Source of the DNA: a virus | Lineage: Duplodnaviria; Heunggongvirae; Uroviricota; Caudoviricetes | Strand: one strand, 5' to 3' | IMG/VR virus record: IMGVR_UViG_3300028591_000077 | DNA: 31,098 bases | Shown here: in pieces, positions 27,329-31,098 of the stretch | How the letters are laid out: each line of letters starts with the position of its first letter | How positions within the stretch are numbered: the stretch's first letter is position 1 | Translations under genes and position numbers: made by a program | The notes under the pieces: generated by a model | Told to the model about the DNA's origin: nothing | Seen by the model: only the letters and a program-made list of their open reading frames with translations | Databases searched by the model: none

Positions 27329-28180
27329 ATGTTAAATGATATTAGAAAAGATTGTATCAAATACGCAAAGTGCTTAGGTGACTATCAGGCGATGTCTTGT
27401 GACGAACTCGCCGATGGTTATTGCAAAGCCCGCGATGAAGGAGATTCCATTAAGGATTCTCAATATCTTGCTGCTTTAGTCTTACGCTTTTGGTATACCA
27501 TCAAGAAAATCTTTGATAAGTGTCCAAATGTCGGTATGACTTTAGAAGATGCTTATTGCTGGTTAGTAGAAGCAATCGAATATGCCTGCAAATACCGTAA
27601 GTGGAAAGACTCTACAAATAAAGTCAATGCCCAACAATGCATCAATCAATGCATCGAGACCATTCGTTTACAACATTATTATGAAATGAACCTCGATAAG
27701 CATAAGGCTAACTATATGACCGTTTCTATGGAAACTCCTATCGCTGAAGATGGAGATTCTGAAAAGACTTTAGGCGAAACTTTAGTCGGAGACGATGGCG
27801 CTACTGACCGTGCTAAGAATGATGTCGAACTTACCGTTCAACAATTCATCGACCGCAACAAAGTCGTAGAAGCCATCATCATAGATACTATCGCTTTCAA
27901 CGATTGTCAGAAGTATACTAAAGAAGTAGTTCGTGGAGAAGATGAGGAAGGCAATCCTTACAAATACACTAAGACCTATTCCGAATTCTGGCCATTCAGA
28001 GTCGTTCAAATCTTAGGTAAACTTCCTGAAGACTACTTTGAATACTTCACTGGCAAATACAACATCACAACCGAAAAGTTAGATGCTACTCTTGCTGCGA
28101 TTCGCAAAGCAAACAATCAAAAACTCTACAAGTATGTCGATTCAACACTCGCTTCCTTGAAGAGCTACTTGAAAATGTAA
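27329..28180 (+). CDS. Divergent sigma70-family RNA polymerase sigma factor
   Basis: Region-2-like helices (ELADGY...ALVLRFW...EDAYCWLVEAIEYA) and region-3-like VSMETPIAEDGDSEKTLGETL (cf. SLDxPIGEDGD). Confidence 0.55.
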   Translation: MLNDIRKDCIKYAKCLGDYQAMSCDELADGYCKARDEGDSIKDSQYLAALVLRFWYTIKKIFDKCPNVGMTLEDAYCWLVEAIEYACKYRKWKDSTNKVNAQQCINQCIETIRLQHYYEMNLDKHKANYMTVSMETPIAEDGDSEKTLGETLVGDDGATDRAKNDVELTVQQFIDRNKVVEAIIIDTIAFNDCQKYTKEVVRGEDEEGNPYKYTKTYSEFWPFRVVQILGKLPEDYFEYFTGKYNITTEKLDATLAAIRKANNQKLYKYVDSTLASLKSYLKM

Positions 28181-28245
28181 TTTGCTAAATTTCGAAATAA
28201 AGGCTCCTTAATGGAGCTTTTTATATTGTATAATATAATAGGTAT

Positions 28246-28299
28246 ATGGAATTGAAGAGATTCCAAAATGGGCCATTCTGGGCTCAAATAAACTACTAG
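28246..28299 (+). CDS. Putative 17-aa leader peptide (uORF)
   Basis: ATG 11 nt after TG-TATAAT (28227-28234); MELKRFQNGPFWAQINY; its TAG overlaps the AGGAGGG RBS of the next gene. Confidence 0.35.
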   Translation: MELKRFQNGPFWAQINY

Positions 28300-28308
28300 G
28301 AGGGATTT

Positions 28309-29064
28309 ATGCCTGCATTAGACGCATTGTGCCCCACAGAGCACGTTATAGTTAATAAAACTGCTATTAAACTGTTAGGTTTAGAGACCGCAGTGTATTG
28401 GTCTGAACTTATGACAGTTCTTAAACAAGTCAAACTCAAAGGAACCGTAAAAAACGGGTTTTTCAAATTAGACAGAAAGTATATGGAGAGAGAAACGGGA
28501 ATTCCTCGCGATCGCCAATATCTCTGCGATGCTATTTTAGCGGAAAACGGAATCATGTTGATCTCAGAATCCGATGCGGATCATCTTGCGGTGAATTTGC
28601 CGAATTACGCCGCACTCATCATGGATGGGGAGTACGATGCGGTAATGGAGAATTCCACTAAGATTAGGGAAAAAGCCGAAAAGGCTGCCGCCCCGAAGAA
28701 AGCTCGCAAGGTTCTTACTGAAGAGGAGAAGGAAGCGAAGCGAAGAGGAATGATCGCTAATTTGTGCAATTTCGTCGTGGAGCCGGATACAGACCTACAC
28801 GATGCGTACTGTAAGTGGATTGCCACTTTAGTGGGAAACAGCCGAATCAACAGTACGACCGTTTCGACATTCGTCTCGACGATCCAGAAATCTGGGCTGC
28901 CAAAAGCTGGCCAGCTTTTCACTATCGAAAGAGCGACCGCTAATTGCTGGGTAGAAGCTTCTTGGGTGATCAACATCGCTCGTCAGGAAATGGCAAAGAA
29001 TCCGGCAGCATTCTCTACACCAATAACCACTACTAAAGTTGACAAGTCTGGACAAGGATTTTAA
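28309..29064 (+). CDS. Replication initiator/replisome-organiser-like winged-HTH protein
   Basis: NKTAIKLLGLETAVYWSEL...GFFKLDRKYMERETGIPRDRQ resembles phage initiator N-termini; C-terminal IERATANCW resembles DnaD-like ends. Confidence 0.5.
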   Translation: MPALDALCPTEHVIVNKTAIKLLGLETAVYWSELMTVLKQVKLKGTVKNGFFKLDRKYMERETGIPRDRQYLCDAILAENGIMLISESDADHLAVNLPNYAALIMDGEYDAVMENSTKIREKAEKAAAPKKARKVLTEEEKEAKRRGMIANLCNFVVEPDTDLHDAYCKWIATLVGNSRINSTTVSTFVSTIQKSGLPKAGQLFTIERATANCWVEASWVINIARQEMAKNPAAFSTPITTTKVDKSGQGF

Positions 29065-29138
29065 ATAATATTTAAAAAACTGTTTACAACCTCTTGATAT
29101 CATGATATAATAATATCAGAAAGAAAAGAGGAATTAAA

Positions 29139-29393
29139 ATGAAAAAAACAATCTACATCTTAACTGAAGCCGTCTCTGATGATGATGGAAACTTCTATGC
29201 TGATGTTTGTTCCGTCCATACTTCTAAAGACGAAGCGACAAAAGCACTTGCCAAACTTCATAAAGAAGTAAAGTCTTACTTCGAAAATCCAAATGACGAT
29301 TATTGTCGTGGAATGTGGTATGACATTTGTGAAGACGATGATATTGGCATTCGTCGTTCTGCTCGTATTGATAAGAAAGAAATCAATGTGTAA
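29139..29393 (+). CDS. Hypothetical early protein
   Basis: Own promoter; GAGGAATT RBS. Confidence 0.75.
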   Translation: MKKTIYILTEAVSDDDGNFYADVCSVHTSKDEATKALAKLHKEVKSYFENPNDDYCRGMWYDICEDDDIGIRRSARIDKKEINV

Positions 29394-29411
29394 TTAGGAG
29401 GAATTCAAAAT

Positions 29412-29789
29412 ATGGAAAAATTTTATCCTGAAGTCGGAACAGAACTCTATCTGTCTCAGAGGACTGGAAACTATTATGTCGATATGGTTAAGACTCCTTA
29501 CACCGTCATCGGCACGAATCGCGGCAAAGTCCAAATTCAATCTTGTAAGTTGATTGCTCCTGTCTATCACTGTGTCGGCAATCCTTATCTTGATAGACCT
29601 GACCTTGAAGGACAAAGAGTGTTCTTCTATGACACCGTTGCTGAGAGTATTGAACCTGACCCCGAAGGTGAAGTGTTAGAACTCAGTTGGGCTCCTAAAC
29701 ACGAACGTTGGCAAATCGACCGTTATAAAACTGGTTATCCTGAAATCGCTCACTTCGGTAAATACGAACACCAACCTTATCTCGATTAA
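29412..29789 (+). CDS. Hypothetical protein
   Basis: AGGAGGAATT RBS; terminator at 29798-29820. Confidence 0.8.
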   Translation: MEKFYPEVGTELYLSQRTGNYYVDMVKTPYTVIGTNRGKVQIQSCKLIAPVYHCVGNPYLDRPDLEGQRVFFYDTVAESIEPDPEGEVLELSWAPKHERWQIDRYKTGYPEIAHFGKYEHQPYLD

Positions 29790-30014
29790 CGAAAATCAAA
29801 CTGGCAAAAGCCAGTTTTTTATTTCGCAGTTTTCTCCGGAATCAATCCGAATCGTACGGAAATTTCGGAAAAAACCACTAATCTAGTAAGTTCTGCCAAA
29901 GCTTTCGATCCCCCAAATTCGGCAGGTAAAGAAGTTTGTAATTTTATGAATAAACTGTTTACAAGAAGTATAATCTGTGGTATAATTATAATATAAGAAA
30001 GAGGTAAAACAATT

Positions 30015-30302
30015 ATGGTTAAAAAAGAAAAAGACGTTTTCAAGAAAGACTTATCTACAGTCGAAGGAAGTTATACGAAAGAGTTGAACGATCACATTCA
30101 AGAAATCAATTCTAAGTTCGAAGACAACTCAATCGATACGAACGGTTATAGAGACTTCATCGTTAAGACTATTGAGAAGGCTCATGACACACCGGCAAAA
30201 AGAAAATTCCTATTCAATCTTTCTAAGAAGAAAACCAAATATGAGATTCTATTCTATGTGACGAGTTCATACTTGAACGGAAGTAAATTAGGAGTCATTT
30301 AA
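30015..30302 (+). CDS. Hypothetical early protein
   Basis: Own promoter; GAGGT RBS. Confidence 0.75.
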   Translation: MVKKEKDVFKKDLSTVEGSYTKELNDHIQEINSKFEDNSIDTNGYRDFIVKTIEKAHDTPAKRKFLFNLSKKKTKYEILFYVTSSYLNGSKLGVI

Positions 30303-30382
30303 TGACTTCTTTTTTATTAAAAAACTATTTACAAAGTATATAAAACATGATATAATTATTATATAAGAAAGAGAGCAAAAAA

Positions 30383-30694
30383 ATGAGCTACAAACAAAAA
30401 ATTCTCAATGACTTCTATGTCGACCTATTCTCTACCGTCTACAATGATTATCCTTCAGTCGTTCAGAACGCTAAGACCGACATTCTCTGCGACAACATCG
30501 AAATCAGTTTCGAAGACTGGCTTGATGAATTGATTGATACTTATTGCTACAACAACAAGCAAGACATCGAAGCCATCAAGAAAGCCATCGAAGCAGAACC
30601 TCAATTCAAAGAAGATCTGAAATCAGAATTTGATTATCTTAAAGAAGAAGTCGCCGAAGAATTTGAAGACTCCGACGATGAAGACGAAGATTAA
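30383..30694 (+). CDS. Highly acidic small early protein
   Basis: Own promoter; D/E-rich, ends EEFEDSDDEDED. Confidence 0.75.
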   Translation: MSYKQKILNDFYVDLFSTVYNDYPSVVQNAKTDILCDNIEISFEDWLDELIDTYCYNNKQDIEAIKKAIEAEPQFKEDLKSEFDYLKEEVAEEFEDSDDEDED

Positions 30695-30767
30695 TTCTTC
30701 GCCTTTTTTATTTACAAATATTGTTTTTCGCGTTATAATATATATAGAAAGAAAAGAGGTAAGCAAA

Positions 30768-31061
30768 ATGCACTTAAACACACAAGACTTAATCAACAAG
30801 ACGACTGGTAAGAACAAATCATTCTTAAAGAGAGTCGCCAAACATCAAGAAGAGAAATACGGAAACGTCGACATCTTCGAAGCCACAATTAAAGACGAAA
30901 ACGATATTGAAGTTTGCTTCGGAGAAAACTGGATTAGATTCTTCTTCAGAGATGGCAAAGTCTACGACACCATTGGAATTGGACAAGGGCATAAATACCA
31001 TCAGTCAATCCAAAACGTCGCCGAAGAACTCCATAAACAATGCGTGATTGGAAATCTATAA
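30768..31061 (+). CDS. Hypothetical early protein
   Basis: Own promoter (30711); GAGGT RBS favours ATG 30768. Confidence 0.75.
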   Translation: MHLNTQDLINKTTGKNKSFLKRVAKHQEEKYGNVDIFEATIKDENDIEVCFGENWIRFFFRDGKVYDTIGIGQGHKYHQSIQNVAEELHKQCVIGNL

Positions 31062-31098
31062 TAGACCTTTCTCCTTCTGCAAAAGGCTCGAAGATAAT

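Larger units (their letters stand above)
2023..28191 (+). promoter_or_regulatory. Dispersed GCTAAATT box, candidate phage-sigma (middle/late) promoter element
   Basis: Exact intergenic plus-strand copies at 2023, 7205, 16610, 22763 and 28184, each 27-125 nt upstream of a start codon. Confidence 0.5.
20933..30739 (+). promoter_or_regulatory. Array of 15 near-identical early-type promoters TTTAC(A/G/T)-17-TATAAT
   Basis: -35 boxes start at 20933, 21189, 22186, 23015, 23243, 23755, 24181, 24655, 25478, 25844, 26952, 29083, 29958, 30328 and 30711. All have 17-nt spacers, and many have upstream A-tracts. The same motif is at 12902 and 13637. Confidence 0.9.

Noticed and set aside
2252-30841. Minus-strand and alternate-frame ORFs in the track (e.g. 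2501-2755, 7268-7477, 22311-22586, 23457-23735, 28605-28976, 30623-30841)
   Set aside because: Shadows of well-supported plus-strand genes, with no RBS or promoter.
1-31098. Suppressor tRNA or other tRNA/rRNA genes
   Set aside because: No cloverleaf with a GTTCRA T-loop and CCA-type end was seen; any suppressor must lie outside the window or be missed by eye.
1-31098. Integrase, transposase, intron/intein or DGR
   Set aside because: No recombinase, RT or homing-endonuclease motifs seen; nrdD is uninterrupted; no long near-identical repeat pair noticed.

Overview
All-plus-strand segment of a large, AT-rich tailed phage of an anaerobic low-GC Gram-positive-type host (host-like TTTACA-17-TATAAT promoters, AGGAGG RBSs, class III RNR). 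Layout: tail/baseplate genes (1-5.7 kb); two methyltransferases, nrdD and nrdG (5.8-10.1 kb); small hypothetical genes (10-16 kb); a repeat- and ncRNA-rich origin-like region followed by a SNF2 helicase (16.1-20.9 kb); and a dense early-type region with 15 near-identical promoters, a divergent sigma factor and a replication-initiator-like gene (20.9-31 kb). The supplied ORF track fragments several genes because TGA is read as Trp in a subset of them (25-27 in-frame TGAs, many at conserved Trp positions). By my count, 90 of 90 Trp codons in genes at 5.8-16.2 kb and 21.2-31.1 kb are TGG, and almost all genes end in TAA/TAG. Top leads: the partitioned TGA recoding; a ~130-nt minus-strand sRNA carrying anti-Shine-Dalgarno seeds that match the phage's own early RBSs; a second structured ncRNA; a CBM26-like starch-binding module inside the tail spike; an SSB C-terminal-mimic protein; and -35 boxes nested inside terminator hairpins. 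All functional calls come from motif recognition by eye, not database searches.
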